From an uncultured bacterium (lineage in GTDB: Bacteria > Krumholzibacteriota > Krumholzibacteriia > Krumholzibacteriales > Krumholzibacteriaceae), in contig CAWBAN010000003.1 of the NCBI GenBank assembly GCA_963786935.1, positions 192,001 to 256,000 on the forward strand: a DNA stretch of 64,000 bases. The letters run 5' to 3'. This document shows, in pieces, positions 50,498 through 60,498 of this stretch. The notes beneath the pieces are model-generated. The model saw only the letters and a program-made list of their open reading frames with translations, did no database searches and had not been told where the DNA came from. The translations under genes were made by a program, and so were the position numbers. The stretch's first letter is position 1; every line of letters begins with the position of its first letter.

Positions 50498-50595
50498 GGG
50501 TAGACGATTTATTGCATCATGCATGCCAGTAGTTGACTTGCGAGCGGAAATTTCATAGAATCGCCGGCGGTATTCCCCTTGCAATGAAAGCACAT

Positions 50596-51510
50596 ATGCG
50601 ATTGAACGATATATCGATAATCGGAGAACGGATCAACCACGGGATCCCCCGGGTTCGGCCCCTGTTCGATGCGGGAAACGCGGAGGCCCTGCGGGAGCTC
50701 GCCCGGGAGCAGGCAGCGCGGGGAGCCGTGGCCCTCGATATCAACGTCGGCCCCCTCGGCGCAGACGCGATGCGGCGCACGGTGCGGGAGGTGCAGGCCG
50801 CCGTGCGGCTTCCGCTGTGTCTCGACGGAAGCTCGCCGGAGATCCTGCGGGCAGGCATGGAGGTCTACGACGCCGGGCGGTCCGACGGGCTCCCCATTCT
50901 GAACTCGGCGACCGAGGCGCGGGACGAGGAGGTCTTCGGGATCCGGATGGTCGGGCCGTGCAGGGTCATCCTGCTCGTATCGGAGCGCCGCGAGGGGGAA
51001 CGCCCGTTTCCGAACGAAACGGTCGGGCAGTGCCTCGCGACGGCGGGGCGCCTGTTCGCGAAGGCGCTCGACGCCGGATTCGAGCCGTCGGAGCTGTTCA
51101 TCGATCCGAGCACCCCCGCGCTCGCGGTCGATATGAAGGGTCTCGTCAACACGACACTCGAGACGATCGAGGGGATTCGCGGACGGCGGGACTTCGCGGA
51201 GGCGCACATCGTGGCGGGACTCTCGAACCTGACTGCGGGTCTTCCTCCCGCCGCGCGGCTTCCGCTGCAGAACGCGTTTCTGACGCTCGCGCATCGCGCC
51301 GGCCTCGATGCAATCATCGGAGATCCCGCCCGCGAATACCGGCTGCTTCCCGACGGGCATCCGGACCTGCTCCTCCTGCGGGAAATCCTCGCGCAGCGGC
51401 GGACGGACCGGCTCAAAGCGCTCACGACGTCCGCATTGTACCGCGCAGCTGCGCGAAAGGCCGCCGCGCGCAAACAGGCGGGGGGGAAGGACAAGGAAGG
51501 TTCGACGTGA
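50596..51510 (+). CDS. Pterin-binding methyltransferase (AcsE/MetH folate domain-like)
   Basis: IIGERIN, LDINVG, PLCLD, ILNS, FIDP, GLSN and GLDAII. Confidence 0.85.
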   Translation: MRLNDISIIGERINHGIPRVRPLFDAGNAEALRELAREQAARGAVALDINVGPLGADAMRRTVREVQAAVRLPLCLDGSSPEILRAGMEVYDAGRSDGLPILNSATEARDEEVFGIRMVGPCRVILLVSERREGERPFPNETVGQCLATAGRLFAKALDAGFEPSELFIDPSTPALAVDMKGLVNTTLETIEGIRGRRDFAEAHIVAGLSNLTAGLPPAARLPLQNAFLTLAHRAGLDAIIGDPAREYRLLPDGHPDLLLLREILAQRRTDRLKALTTSALYRAAARKAAARKQAGGKDKEGST

Positions 51511-52463
51511 AGGTAACGGAGCATCTCGCGAACGCGAAACGGCCGCTCATCAGCTTCGAGATCATACCGCCGAAGCGGGGGGGCAGCCTCAAGGAGCTTC
51601 TCGATATCGTCGATCGTTTGAGCCGCCGCGGCCCGAAGTTCATCGACGTCACGAGCCACGGGGCCGAAGTCGTCTACGAGGAGGAGGCGGGCGGCATCCG
51701 CAAGAAGGTGAAGCGGAAGCGGCCGGGCACCCTCGGAATCTGCGCCCTCATACAGTCGAAGTACGGAATCGACGCCGTTCCGCACGTTCTCTGCGAGGGC
51801 TTCACGCGGGAAGAGACGGAGGATTTCCTCATCGATATCCAGTATCTCGGCATCGAGAACATCATGGCGCTGCGGGGGGACGCGCCGGCACGCGACAAGC
51901 CGAAGCCCGGCGGCAGGACCTTCAACCGGACGGCGCGCGATCTCGTCGTGCAGACGGTGAACATGAACCGGGGCGCATACCTCGAGGACCTTCTCGACGC
52001 CGAGCCGAGCAACTTCTGCATCGGGGTCGCCGGCTACCCGGAGAAGCACTTCGCCTCTCCGAATCTCCAGACGGATATCCGGAGCCTCAAGGAGAAGGTC
52101 GAGGCCGGCGCCGACTACGTCGTCACGCAGATGTTCTTCGACAACGCCGCGTATTTCCGCTTCGTCGATCTCTGCCGCGCCGAAGGCATTTCGGTTCCCA
52201 TCATCCCGGGGCTCAAGGTGCTCCATTCCCGGCATCAGCTGGCGAGCATCCCGCTCAACTTCCACGTGGACATCCCGTTCGAGCTCTCGGAGGAGATTCT
52301 CCGTTCCGACGAGCGGGCCGCCGAGGAGGCCGGGGTGCGGTGGGCCGTCCGGCAGGCGGAGGAGCTTCTCGGCCGCGACGTGCCGGCCATCCACTTCTAC
52401 GTGACCGGGCGGGCCGATCCGATCGACCGGGTCATCGAGACGCTCGGGCTCCCGTCCGCATGA
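51507..52463 (+). CDS. metF: 5,10-methylenetetrahydrofolate reductase
   Basis: SFEIIPP, IDVT, ALRGD, AGYPEKH, TQMFFD, PIIPG and IHFY; GTGA overlap with the upstream gene. Confidence 0.93.
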   Translation: MKVTEHLANAKRPLISFEIIPPKRGGSLKELLDIVDRLSRRGPKFIDVTSHGAEVVYEEEAGGIRKKVKRKRPGTLGICALIQSKYGIDAVPHVLCEGFTREETEDFLIDIQYLGIENIMALRGDAPARDKPKPGGRTFNRTARDLVVQTVNMNRGAYLEDLLDAEPSNFCIGVAGYPEKHFASPNLQTDIRSLKEKVEAGADYVVTQMFFDNAAYFRFVDLCRAEGISVPIIPGLKVLHSRHQLASIPLNFHVDIPFELSEEILRSDERAAEEAGVRWAVRQAEELLGRDVPAIHFYVTGRADPIDRVIETLGLPSA

Positions 52464-52600
52464 AAGCAAGCGGCGATTCGGGCATTTACAATCCGGCGCG
52501 AGCGGACTATACTCATTGTTTGTAATCGGTTTCTCGCGGGGCCCGTCGTCGGCCATGCGAGGTTCGCTGTTTGGCGGAGCCGCATCGAGGTGATCGTGGT

Positions 52601-54355
52601 ATGAAACGTCTGTTCGATACGTCGAGCCTCTCGCTGCATCAATTCTCCCCGAAGATGTACTGCTACGTTTCAACGCGCTCCCCGCGCGTCATCGCCACGC
52701 TGCGGGGGCTCGCCGACGAACACGTCCGGTTCGAGGAAGCGAAAACGGAATCGGAGTACCGGACGTTCATCTTTCACAATCCGGCCGCTCCCCGCGCCGA
52801 TATCATTTCCTGCTTCTACATAAACGACCTCGCCGATTACGATCTCTCGCGCATTTCCGCGAAGCTCCTCGGGGGCGAATTCGCGCGCGACATCCTCGGG
52901 GATTCCCTCATCGCGCTGAGCTGCGCGAACGACGCGCGCTTCGCCTGCCTGACCGACTTCTGGGGCATCACGACGCATTTCTGGCATTGCTCCGAGGATA
53001 CGTTCGTCTGCGGCAGCAACGTTTTTCTGGTCGCCGCGCTCGTCGGCAGCGAGTTCTCGCGCGAAGCCCTCTACGACTATCTGTTCTTCGCCTGGCCGCG
53101 GAAGGATCGCACGTGGTTCGCGGACATCAGATGCCTTCGCCCCGGGCAGCAGCTCATATTCGATCTGAAGCGCCGCGCGCCGGTGCTGTCGGAATGCACC
53201 AATTTCCCGGACTACCTCGAACCGTCGAGCGGAGACCTCATCGAATCCGTCGAAACGTTCTTCAGCCGGGCGAACCATCGGATCGGCCCCGACCTCACGA
53301 ACTACATCTCCCTCTCCGCGGGGAGCGATTCGCGGACCGTGCTCGCGTGCATGCGGGCGCACCGGATGCGGCCGCACGCGGTCAGCTTCGGCAGGCACGA
53401 TATGGCCGAGACGAAGGAGATCAGCGGCCTGACGCACCGGCTCCACATTCCCTGGCTCTTCATCGACGTCGAGGGATTCGAGGAGAAGTTCGAGGATCTG
53501 TTCGTCGACGGGACGTTCTTCTCGAACGGGCTCCTCAATCCGCTGCGCACCCATTACGTATGGCTGTACCGCCACATCCGCCGCGGCAACGCGCTGTTCG
53601 AAGGGATCCTCGGCAGCGAATTCGTGAAAGGGGAAATCGCCGTGCCGGCCATGGCGGCGCATCCCTACCATGACGTGATCACGAAAGGATCGTCCGTCGC
53701 GGCGAGCGTCGGGAAATACTATCCGCAGCTTCCGGAGGAGTTCCGCGGCGCCATGACGGAGTACATCGACGCCGAATACGGCGCCGAGCTCCTCGACGTC
53801 GACTCGAAGGAGGGGGAGCGGGCGTTCCAGCTCTATCTCCTCGAGAACATACCGAGCAGGGTGTTCTCGGCCGTCATCGGGATCGTCAAGTCGAATTCCA
53901 TGTCCCCCTACTATCCGTTCCTCTCGCCGAGCGTCGTCCGCGCGGTCTTCAACAACGACGCCGGCATGCGAAAGAGCCTCTCGGTGCGGAAGGACTTCAT
54001 CGGCCCGATCCGGAGCCTGCGGGCGGAGGCGAAGATCGTCAAGTACATGGACGAGGAGATCTTCGAAAGCACCCTCGACCGCAACGTCAGCTTCGAGGAC
54101 GTTCTGGCGACGGCGCGCGCGGCGAAGGTGCGCAAGCGCGCCCGCGACGTGGGAGACAAGGTGCGGACGATGCGCCTCGTGGGCGGCCAGATAGACGTCA
54201 CCAAGCTCGTCGCGAAGCTGCGCGACCACGCCGCGGATGCTCCCCGCGACATTCTGCCCGTCAAGCGCGCCGACATCGTCGCGAACGACATGCTCGCCCG
54301 CGCCGCCATCAATTATTCGTGGCTCCGGGGATTATCCGACACGGTGCTGAAATAG
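52601..54355 (+). CDS. Asparagine synthetase B-like adenylating protein
   Basis: D.WG, LRPG, PP-loop LSAGSDSR and PFL; no N-terminal Cys. Confidence 0.75.
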   Translation: MKRLFDTSSLSLHQFSPKMYCYVSTRSPRVIATLRGLADEHVRFEEAKTESEYRTFIFHNPAAPRADIISCFYINDLADYDLSRISAKLLGGEFARDILGDSLIALSCANDARFACLTDFWGITTHFWHCSEDTFVCGSNVFLVAALVGSEFSREALYDYLFFAWPRKDRTWFADIRCLRPGQQLIFDLKRRAPVLSECTNFPDYLEPSSGDLIESVETFFSRANHRIGPDLTNYISLSAGSDSRTVLACMRAHRMRPHAVSFGRHDMAETKEISGLTHRLHIPWLFIDVEGFEEKFEDLFVDGTFFSNGLLNPLRTHYVWLYRHIRRGNALFEGILGSEFVKGEIAVPAMAAHPYHDVITKGSSVAASVGKYYPQLPEEFRGAMTEYIDAEYGAELLDVDSKEGERAFQLYLLENIPSRVFSAVIGIVKSNSMSPYYPFLSPSVVRAVFNNDAGMRKSLSVRKDFIGPIRSLRAEAKIVKYMDEEIFESTLDRNVSFEDVLATARAAKVRKRARDVGDKVRTMRLVGGQIDVTKLVAKLRDHAADAPRDILPVKRADIVANDMLARAAINYSWLRGLSDTVLK

Positions 54356-54461
54356 CGGCGCCTCCCCGCGGCTGATCGCCGCGCCGGAACGCCGGCGCGG
54401 TCCGCCCGGGCGATCCCGACGGAGCCCCCCGAAAAATTCCGATAATCGTTTCGGAACAAGC

Positions 54462-54510
54462 TTGACACAACTGTACTTACTAAATATGCTGTGCATATTC
54501 TTTATGCACA
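54462..54510 (+). promoter_or_regulatory. Sigma-70 promoter with overlapping YtrA-type operator
   Basis: TTGACA-N17-TATGCT (54462-54490) and perfect 8-5-8 palindrome TGTGCATA-TTCTT-TATGCACA (54490-54510). Confidence 0.8.
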
Positions 54511-54905
54511 GACACCGGACGAATAACCTCACCGTCGCCGTTTCGGCGACGAGTCGCGACCCGATGTACCGGCAGGTCACGGATCAGATCAGAGACGCGA
54601 TCGCGGCGGGGACCCTCGCGGCCGGCGAGCGGCTGCCGTCGATCCGCGAGCTCGCGGCCGCGGCCGGGATCAGCCACATCACGGTCAAGCGCGCGTACGG
54701 CGATCTCGAGCGGGAGGGATACGTCATCGCGCGTCAAGGGCTCGGATCGTTCGTGGCGGGAATCAGCCGCGAGCGCATGAGAGAGGAAAAGCTCGAAGAG
54801 CTGCGGAGGGACATCGCGGGGCTCGCGAAGGCCGCGCGGTCCTTCGGCATACCGGTCGCCGAGATCGGGCGGATCGTCGACGAGCTGAAGATAAAACGGA
54901 AATGA
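54504..54905 (+). CDS. GntR family, YtrA-subfamily regulator
   Basis: PMYRQV, GERLPSIRELA, TVKRAY..LE.EG and GSFV, with a short helical C-terminus. Confidence 0.93.
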   Translation: MHRHRTNNLTVAVSATSRDPMYRQVTDQIRDAIAAGTLAAGERLPSIRELAAAAGISHITVKRAYGDLEREGYVIARQGLGSFVAGISRERMREEKLEELRRDIAGLAKAARSFGIPVAEIGRIVDELKIKRK

Positions 54906-54984
54906 GAGCCGCCCCGCAGGGGCGGTGCTCCAATGAGAGACGCTCGGCACGAGCGGATCGAGCACCACGAGAAGGAGGACTCGC

Positions 54985-55617
54985 ATGATCGCATTCGATG
55001 ACGCGCGGGAGATGGAACGCAGGGCGGCGGCGTGCTACGGGGACGGGCTGTTCGACATCGGGATGGGGCTCGGTCTCCTCTTCGTCGGATTCGCGATGAT
55101 CTTCGGGCTCGGCGCGCTCGCCGTCGTCTATCCCGCGCTCATCTTCCCCGTGGCGAAGGCGGCGAAGCGAGGCGTCACCGCGCCGCGGATGCACCATCTC
55201 GACTTCATGCCGGAGCCCGGCGAGGAATCGAGGAGGCGCCGCGGCCGGGCCGTGCTCTTCGCCGCGCTCGCCGTGCTGCTGGCGATCGGCGTGCTCGCGC
55301 TCCTCATGTCACAGCGGATTCCGGCGCGCATCTCGCACGGGCTGCGCGCCAACGCGCTCGTCATCTTCGGATGCATGCTCGCCGCGCTCTTCGGCGCCGT
55401 CGCGTGGATGGCGTCGGCGAAGCGGCTCCGCGGCTACGCGTCGGTCGCCCTGCTCGTCTTCGTCTGCGGGTACTGGTTCGACATGAAGGTGTCGGCGTAC
55501 CTGATGATCGTCGGCGCGGTCGTCGGCGCGTACGGCGCGATCGTGCTGTCGCGGTTCGTCCGGGATTATCCGCGCTTCCACAACCGGAGCGACCGGCTGT
55601 ATCAGCGGAGCATCTGA
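54985..55617 (+). CDS. Multi-pass membrane protein
   Basis: AAGGAGG SD; DGLFDI motif and about 6 TM segments. Confidence 0.75.
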   Translation: MIAFDDAREMERRAAACYGDGLFDIGMGLGLLFVGFAMIFGLGALAVVYPALIFPVAKAAKRGVTAPRMHHLDFMPEPGEESRRRRGRAVLFAALAVLLAIGVLALLMSQRIPARISHGLRANALVIFGCMLAALFGAVAWMASAKRLRGYASVALLVFVCGYWFDMKVSAYLMIVGAVVGAYGAIVLSRFVRDYPRFHNRSDRLYQRSI

Positions 55618-57221
55618 TCCCGCGGAGCCCCGCCGGCGCCCCGCGGCCGCAGCCCCTTGAGCGCGCGCGCGGCCGCCTCGTTCTTCCCGTTGAGCTCCAG
55701 CGCCCGGCGATACTCCTCCGCCGCGCGCGTCGTGTCTCCCCGTGCGATATAGGCGTTGCCCGTCCGCACGTGGTAATTCGACACGCCCCCCGGCGTGTCG
55801 CGCGCGACCGTCATGTTCGCGAAAAACGCGATCACGGCGAGCGCGGCGAGCGAGAGGGCGAGCTCCGCGGCGCGGCGGCCGCGCGCGAGCGCGGCGAGCT
55901 CCACGCACGCGGCGCCGGCGAAGGGAACGAGGAACACGACCACGGGCAGCCGGTACCGGGCGAGCACGTAGAACGCGAGCGCGGTCGCCAGATACGCGAG
56001 GATTCCGCCGTATAGAAGCCAGAGCGCTCTCCATCGGCCCCTCGTGAGAAAGACGCCGAGGAGCCCGAGCGGCGCGACGACGCCGAAGACGAGGAGGGGG
56101 AGCGGGAGAACGCCCGCGAAGCGCCGGTGAAAGTAGAAATTCTCGACGTTCGCGCGCTCGTAGGCGTTCCAGAAGAACCGGAACTTGCGCCAGAGGAGCG
56201 AGGCCCACGCGCCCGGGTGCTCGCGCGCGTACTCGATCCCGGCCGCGAGCCAGAAATCGGAGACCTCCGATGGAGAGAGCCCGCGTCCCGTTTCGCTCGA
56301 GGCGACCCGCGCCATGTTGACCGATTGCTCTTCCGGCGTTCCCCCGAGCGGGACGCCCCGGTACATGGGCACCTGATAGAAGCCATTCGCCTCGGGATTG
56401 CTGCCGTGGTAGAAATTGATGCCGGCGCCCGCCGTGAGCGGGATGAATTCGCCCGTGCGCAGCGCGTTTCTGATCGCGAGGGGCGCGACCGCCGCGGCGA
56501 CGCCGAGCGAGAGCGCGATCGCGCCGGCGAGGAAACGCCTCGCCGGGCGGGGGGTATGCGCCGCCCCCGCGCGGCCGTTCGATTCCGCCGCGGCCGACGC
56601 GCCCGATTCCATCCCCGCGAAATACAGATGCAGCAGCGCGAAGGGGAAGAGGAGAAGCGTCGGCGGATTCGCCGCCGCGGCGGCCCCGAGAACGGCGCCC
56701 GCCGCGAGCATTCTCCGCGGGCCCGGGCGCTCCCCGCCGAGCACGACCGCGACGAAGAGGGCGTTGAGGAACACGACGAGCGTCGCGGGGAGGAGCACCC
56801 CCTCGTAGAAGACGAGCGGCGCGTAGAGCGAGGCGATGAGCCCCGAGAGGAGCGCGGCGGCGTCCGACCTGAACGCTCGCCGCGCGGCGATCGTGACGAG
56901 GCCGCACGTCGCCGCTCCGAGGAGGGCCTGGACGATCCTGACCGCGGCGAGCTCCGGGCCGAACGCGCGGTAGATCAGCGAGAGGAACCACGGATAGACG
57001 GGGGACTGCATGAGGGTCGTCGGTCCCGCGTCGCCGCCGAACGCGAGCGCGCGCGCCCAGCGATCGTACGTCGCGGCGTCGAGCTGGAGGTCGGCGGCGA
57101 GCGGATTGAAACGCTGCGTGAAATAGACGTGGAGGAGGCGCAGCGCGAGGGCGATCGCGGCGATCGTCCACGCCGCGGCGACGAACGGAATGCGCCGTCG
57201 GGCTGGTTCGCTCGGGTTCAT
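55602..57221 (-). CDS. GT39/ArnT-like membrane glycosyltransferase with C-terminal TPR
   Basis: D..TY, PVYPWFL, IRN, NFY.G.NP and RYRLP; YRRALELN TPR. Confidence 0.85.
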   Translation of the reverse strand: MNPSEPARRRIPFVAAAWTIAAIALALRLLHVYFTQRFNPLAADLQLDAATYDRWARALAFGGDAGPTTLMQSPVYPWFLSLIYRAFGPELAAVRIVQALLGAATCGLVTIAARRAFRSDAAALLSGLIASLYAPLVFYEGVLLPATLVVFLNALFVAVVLGGERPGPRRMLAAGAVLGAAAAANPPTLLLFPFALLHLYFAGMESGASAAAESNGRAGAAHTPRPARRFLAGAIALSLGVAAAVAPLAIRNALRTGEFIPLTAGAGINFYHGSNPEANGFYQVPMYRGVPLGGTPEEQSVNMARVASSETGRGLSPSEVSDFWLAAGIEYAREHPGAWASLLWRKFRFFWNAYERANVENFYFHRRFAGVLPLPLLVFGVVAPLGLLGVFLTRGRWRALWLLYGGILAYLATALAFYVLARYRLPVVVFLVPFAGAACVELAALARGRRAAELALSLAALAVIAFFANMTVARDTPGGVSNYHVRTGNAYIARGDTTRAAEEYRRALELNGKNEAAARALKGLRPRGAGGAPRDQMLR

Positions 57222-57254
57222 CGGCGCAGAGTCTAGGCCGCGCGGGGCGTCAAG

Positions 57255-57980
57255 TCAATCCGAATGGGCGGGCTCCCGCGGCGCGTTCCCGTCGCGGGCC
57301 TCGCCGCGGGCGGGTTCGCGGTAGAAACGTCTGAAGAGCAGGTACGCGAGGACGGCGATCGCGGCGCCGACGAGCATTCCCGCCAGCACGTCCGACGGCC
57401 AGTGCACGCCGGTGTAGATCCGGGAATACGAGACGAGGATCGCGACGGCGAGGAGCGGCGCGAGCCAGCGTCGCCAGACGAGCCCGAGGAAAAGCATCGA
57501 CGCGGTGATATTGGTCGCGTGGCTCGAGGGGAACGAGAACGAGTTCTTGTAGCTCCGCGTCACTTCGGCCGGCGTCGTCATCCACCCGCCGTCCTCGAGC
57601 CACAGGTGCACGTTTCCGATGAGCTCGCAGGGGCGCAGGCGCTCGAAGACCGGTTTCATGACGCTGCTCGAGAGCTGGTCGGACGCTGCGATGACCGGGA
57701 TGAGCATGAAGGCGGCCCAGCGGCCGCGCGCGCCTCCGAACAGGACGAGCGCGCACCAGATGAGAATGACTCCGATGCGCCATTTGTCGAAATCCGTGAG
57801 GAAGGGCATCACCGCGTCGAATGCGGAATTCTCCGCGGCGCCGTTGAGGAGCCGGAACGCCCGCACGTCGAGCGACGACGGATCGGGAGCGGCGGGCGCC
57901 GCCGCGGCGGCAGCGAAGAGCGCGGCGCACAGGAGCGCCGCCCAGAGGAAGACGCTTCGAAAGCATCGGATCGGTTTCAT
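57255..57980 (-). CDS. PAP2 family phosphatase
   Basis: K...RLRP, SFPSSHA and SRIYTGVHWPSD. Confidence 0.93.
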   Translation of the reverse strand: MKPIRCFRSVFLWAALLCAALFAAAAAAPAAPDPSSLDVRAFRLLNGAAENSAFDAVMPFLTDFDKWRIGVILIWCALVLFGGARGRWAAFMLIPVIAASDQLSSSVMKPVFERLRPCELIGNVHLWLEDGGWMTTPAEVTRSYKNSFSFPSSHATNITASMLFLGLVWRRWLAPLLAVAILVSYSRIYTGVHWPSDVLAGMLVGAAIAVLAYLLFRRFYREPARGEARDGNAPREPAHSD

Positions 57981-57986
57981 GGGGAG

Positions 57987-58742
57987 CTATTCTACCAGAG
58001 ATTCCACTCCCTGAACAAGCCTTCCCGAGATCCAGAATCCGCCGATGACGCTCACGAGGGACGCTCCCCGCTCCCTGAACGGGAATTCCACGAGGCGCGG
58101 CGGCCTCGCCGGGGAGAGAAAGATCTTTTCGAGAAAGCCGCCGTTGCTCTGGATGGATTCGGGGAGCGTGGCGAAAAAGATGAAATCGATGAGGGCGACC
58201 GCTTCCTCGGCGCGCAGGGCGCAGAGGACGGGATGCCCCGCGCCGTCGGAGCGCATGAGCTCGAACGACGGCTGAATCCTCGTCAGCAGCCGTCCGACCT
58301 TGAGGTACGCGTAGGTGTTGAGCGACTTGAACGCCGGCACGTAGACCCTGAGCGTGCCGAGGCCCCCGATCTTCGCGGCGAGATGCGAGATCTCGCTCGC
58401 CATGGGGATCCGCTGCGACGGCTCTCCCTCGTATCCCGTCCGGATGACCGCCTGCGCGGCGCCCTGAATCGCGCCGAGCGCCTCGTCGATCCGCCGCTTG
58501 AGGGCGGTCGCGTCGACGTCGACGACCCAGAAGGGGAGATACACGTGCTCGGCGTTCGCTTCGCGGTCGTCTCCGTCGCCGCCCGCCGCGCGATAGACCG
58601 TGACCGGCTCGAGGGCGTCGCTCGAGAGGACCCAATAACGGCGGCAGGCGGGGCATTGGAAGGTGACGAGCTGTCCCATGACGGGGAGCTCGCCTCCGCA
58701 GTGCGCGCACTTCAACGGTTTGATGCAGAGCGTTTCGGTCAT
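57987..58742 (-). CDS. Zn-ribbon protein
   Basis: CAHCGG...CPAC, then YLPFW. Confidence 0.7.
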   Translation of the reverse strand: MTETLCIKPLKCAHCGGELPVMGQLVTFQCPACRRYWVLSSDALEPVTVYRAAGGDGDDREANAEHVYLPFWVVDVDATALKRRIDEALGAIQGAAQAVIRTGYEGEPSQRIPMASEISHLAAKIGGLGTLRVYVPAFKSLNTYAYLKVGRLLTRIQPSFELMRSDGAGHPVLCALRAEEAVALIDFIFFATLPESIQSNGGFLEKIFLSPARPPRLVEFPFRERGASLVSVIGGFWISGRLVQGVESLVE

Positions 58743-58743
58743 G

Positions 58744-59796
58744 TCAATCCTCACTTCCGAGGAGGCCGTTGATCTTGAGCGCCGCCCACTCGTGGGGCGG
58801 CAGAAAGCGTTGCTCGCGCGCCGTGTCGAGCGCGTACAGAACGGCGAGCGGCACGAGCGCGAGCGGCGGCCACGTCGCCGCGAGGAACGCGAGCGCCGCG
58901 GGGGCGAAAAAAAGCCGTTTCGAATCGATCCGCCGCCGGCGCGGCACCTCTCCCCGCACGACCGCGCCGTTCCCGCCGTCGATCGTGATCGTGTAGAGGC
59001 GTCCCCCGCACGTGTAGCGGAGCAGGTACACGGGGTAGTAGTGGAGCGAGAGGCGGCTGTCGAAAAAGTGGAAGCGTTTCGCGCGGACGTTCGTGCCCGC
59101 CGGGGCGGCGAGACGCTCGAGAAGGCCGAGCGCGTCGCGGCTGATGAGCCGGTCGCTCCGCACGGGAAGCGCGACCGTGTGCCCGGACCGGGCCTTGTCG
59201 TCGAGCACGTCCCAGTCGAGGAATCCGGTGCGCAGCGAGATGCCCTGCAGGCCGAGGCTCGGGAGCACGCACGCCGGAGCGCTCCAGTCGACGCGTTTGA
59301 ACACGAGCCGCGAGCAGGGCGTTCGCTCCTCGCGGACGATCGTGCGCGCCCGGTTCGCGCCGCCCGGTTCGTCCGAGACGGTTTCGACCCTCACCCGCGC
59401 GGTTTTCTCTCCCGATATCCATCCCATGAGCCTTCCGCGCAGCCGCCAGAACGGAACGTGGATCAGCTTCTGGTCGGCGATCGCCGCGCGCCGCGTGCCG
59501 AGCCGGTGGTCTGTCTGCTCGGCGATGTAGCGGATCGCGGCGAGCCGCGCCTTCGCGGGCGTGATCTTCGGGCTGAGGATGAAGCTCCGGACGCCGCGCG
59601 GCGTCGTGACGAGGAGCGCGGATCCGCAGTAGCCGCAGCGGACGCTGCGATCCCCCTCGTTGACCCGGATGGAGCCGCCGCACTCGGGGCACGTCGCCCC
59701 GCCGGCGACCGCGGGCTCCGGCGAAGGAGCCGCCGGCCGCTTGGCGCCTGCGCGGGATCCCGTCTCCGCCGCGGATGTCACCCGTTCCGCGATCAT
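58744..59796 (-). CDS. Zn-ribbon membrane protein
   Basis: CPECGG...CGYCGS, HVPFW, YYPVY, IDG.NG.V.GEVP and a C-terminal TM; ATGA overlap with the upstream gene. Confidence 0.75.
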   Translation of the reverse strand: MIAERVTSAAETGSRAGAKRPAAPSPEPAVAGGATCPECGGSIRVNEGDRSVRCGYCGSALLVTTPRGVRSFILSPKITPAKARLAAIRYIAEQTDHRLGTRRAAIADQKLIHVPFWRLRGRLMGWISGEKTARVRVETVSDEPGGANRARTIVREERTPCSRLVFKRVDWSAPACVLPSLGLQGISLRTGFLDWDVLDDKARSGHTVALPVRSDRLISRDALGLLERLAAPAGTNVRAKRFHFFDSRLSLHYYPVYLLRYTCGGRLYTITIDGGNGAVVRGEVPRRRRIDSKRLFFAPAALAFLAATWPPLALVPLAVLYALDTAREQRFLPPHEWAALKINGLLGSED

Positions 59797-60494
59797 TCGT
59801 GCTTCGTCGCCCTTTCGTGGATGGTGAACAACGCGTATCCGCAGCCGGAGGCCGCCATGATGAGCGCGAGACGCGCGAGCGCGCTCGAGGCAAATTTCCC
59901 GATCACGAGGTAGGTTGCGAACAAAGCGGCCGCCGCGACGAGGAGGCCGAGCCGCAGCGCCCGCGGCCGCTCGGGCGGGAGCGCGGCGGCGATCGTCTGC
60001 CAGCTCTCGCCGACGACGGCCGCCGATCCTTTCCAATCCCCGGCGCCGTAGCGGATGCGGTACACCGGCACATGGACGATTCGAATCGCGTCGGTATCGA
60101 TGCGGTCGGCCGGGACGATTCTGCCCGCCGGGGGATTCGACTCGTCGAAGAAGCGGTATTCGCCCGCGGGGGGATAGGGGACTCCTCCCGGCGGCGCGCC
60201 GGACGAGCACGCCGGGGCGGTGGACGTCTCGCCCGCGTCGGTCTCGATCATCGCGTACGGCACGTACGAGAAATCGATCGCGGCGACGACGGGGCGCCGG
60301 CATTTCCGTTCGATGAGGAACGAGCGCAGGACGCTCTCGGCCGCGCGATCGTCGCGCGCGTGAACGAGGACCAGATGCTCGGGCCCCGCCTCTTTCTCGA
60401 CGGCGAGCGCCGAGCCGCAGTACGAGCAGGCGAGGATCTCCTGCCCGGGATTGACCGTGTTTTCGCCCCCGCAGAGGCCGCACCGGATGTGCAT
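59793..60494 (-). CDS. Zn-ribbon membrane protein
   Basis: CGLCGG...CSYCGS, YVPY, HVPVY and two C-terminal TMs. Confidence 0.75.
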   Translation of the reverse strand: MHIRCGLCGGENTVNPGQEILACSYCGSALAVEKEAGPEHLVLVHARDDRAAESVLRSFLIERKCRRPVVAAIDFSYVPYAMIETDAGETSTAPACSSGAPPGGVPYPPAGEYRFFDESNPPAGRIVPADRIDTDAIRIVHVPVYRIRYGAGDWKGSAAVVGESWQTIAAALPPERPRALRLGLLVAAAALFATYLVIGKFASSALARLALIMAASGCGYALFTIHERATKHE

Positions 60495-60498
60495 GGCG

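Noticed and set aside
52460..54355. Lasso peptide cluster around the AsnB-like gene
   Set aside because: No precursor with a YxxP...T leader, no leader peptidase and no RRE nearby; the short upstream ORF is unconvincing.
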